DNA of 64,000 bases, taken from assembly GCA_026770705.1 (NCBI GenBank), contig JANJGN010000034.1, forward strand, positions 5,766,001 to 5,830,000, in the 5' to 3' direction. Numbering within the stretch: position 1 is the first letter of the stretch; every line of letters begins with the position of its first letter. Below are positions 62,870 through 64,000 of the stretch, piece after piece. Under the pieces are notes generated by a model. It worked only from the letters and a program-made list of their open reading frames with translations, searched no databases and was not told where the DNA came from. Source of the DNA: Isurus oxyrinchus (taxonomy: Eukaryota). The position numbers and the translations under genes are program-made.

Positions 62870-63925
62870 AGCAGTTGGGAAGTTGTCTTTGGAGGGTCTC
62901 ACTATTGGGGCGATTATAGATCACAATTTTCATAAATGATTGTGACAGCGATATGAAAAAAGAAAATTTCTGCTTTTGCAGTTGCATCAACTTCTGGGCT
63001 CCCGGCAAATTGGAATAGGCAATGCTCATGAGGACAGCAGCAATTTAGAGGATAAAATTAATACCATGGTGGATTGGCAAATAATTGACAAACACATTGC
63101 AAAAAATGGCAGACACAAGGAAGCACGCTTTGCCCATACAAATTGTGAGAACTTATCATTCTTGGAACGTGCAAGTTTCCAGGGTACGGGAATGAATGCT
63201 ACAAGGAGTCCAAGTGAGCCAATCGTGTAAGTTCTGCCAGAGCATGGCAAACATATCACACAACAAAAACCAATACAATGCTTTGTAGAAGAAGGGTACC
63301 TGTGAGAAGTCAAGTCATGCTAAACGTACATCGGGCCTTTGAGTAGAGCCCATTTAGAGGACCGCATTCAATTCTATTGACAATGTTATAGATAATAAAC
63401 ACATAGCAACACTAGAGGGAGAAGAGAAGGTCCAGGGAATAATATCAAAAATCTGTGCCTCTACATCTCAGGAAAATACTAAGTTGCTGGCTCTCTTTTA
63501 TCCTGGGTGAAAAAAGGCTATGAATACCAAGAGATGACGTATGGAGGCATTTAAATTCGTAATGTATTGAGTTGGCCGATGCAGAGAGAACGTTTACTTT
63601 CATTGGGAAGAGCACAACTGGTGGTCATAAATTTATGATAGTCACCAAGAGAACCAATACTTATACAGCAGAATATTCTTTCCCTAAAAATAGGGGAACA
63701 TGTGAACTCACTATAAAGCAAGTGGATAAAGCAAATCGTATGCAATTATATTGAATTGATGAGAAAGCTAGACAAGCATATGATGGAGAAGTGATTCAGA
63801 GGGTTGCTTGAGACATATGCGCATGGATGAGGTTACATTGGTAAACCTTTCAGGATATTGTACTGGAGTATAAACTGGTTGGGCGGCCGAACGGCCTAGT
63901 TCTATGCTGCACAGCCGATGTAATC
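62870..63925 (+). mobile_element. Highly degenerate CR1 3' fragment
   Basis: atggtggattggcaaata, aattgtgagaacttatcattc, gggccttt...agagcccatttagag; tail gggcggccgaacggcctagttctatgctg. Confidence 0.6.
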
Positions 63926-63983
63926 ATCTGAATATAGGTAATTAGGTTGTTTTTACTTTCTCTGATTTGTTATTGGATTTCAG

Positions 63984-64000
63984 TTCTGAAAGAACAGCCA
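63984..64000 (+). CDS. Probable start of a further 36-nt class micro-exon, (V)LKEQP..., cut by the window edge
   Basis: Acceptor ttggatttcag after a pyrimidine-rich stretch; TTCTGAAAGAA vs TACTGAATGAA of the exon at 42263 (9/11). Confidence 0.45.

Noticed and set aside
1-64000. CRISPR array, operons or prokaryotic defence systems
   Set aside because: The DNA is eukaryotic and intronic; there is no regularly spaced repeat-spacer array or gene-dense organisation.

Overview
Repeat-rich eukaryotic DNA. The repeat spectrum (CR1 LINEs with ATTCTRTG tails, Penelope-like elements, Harbinger, tRNA-SINEs) suggests a vertebrate, probably a cartilaginous fish; this is inference. No long intact ORF exists, and most entries in the ORF track are noise or transposon fragments. 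The main signal is invisible to the ORF track: a + strand array of about 20 homologous micro-exons of two classes, 27 nt and 36 nt (one 33 nt), spread over the whole 64 kb. All are phase 1-1 and stop-free in the shared frame; 15 have intact AG/GT sites. A 27+36 pair encodes 21 aa, i.e. three Leu/Cys heptads of a coiled coil. The window therefore looks like the middle of a large gene whose coiled-coil segment grew by tandem exon-pair duplication, with several copies now lacking their donor site. The introns contain many CR1 fragments, a decayed two-gene Harbinger transposon (about 21.9-26.8 kb) and a near-complete but dead Penelope-like element (57181-61569). That element has inverted and direct pLTRs, a 14-bp target-site duplication and variant hammerhead motifs. 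The gene's 5' and 3' ends were not found in the window, so its identity cannot be determined here. All calls were made by eye; repeat boundaries are approximate.
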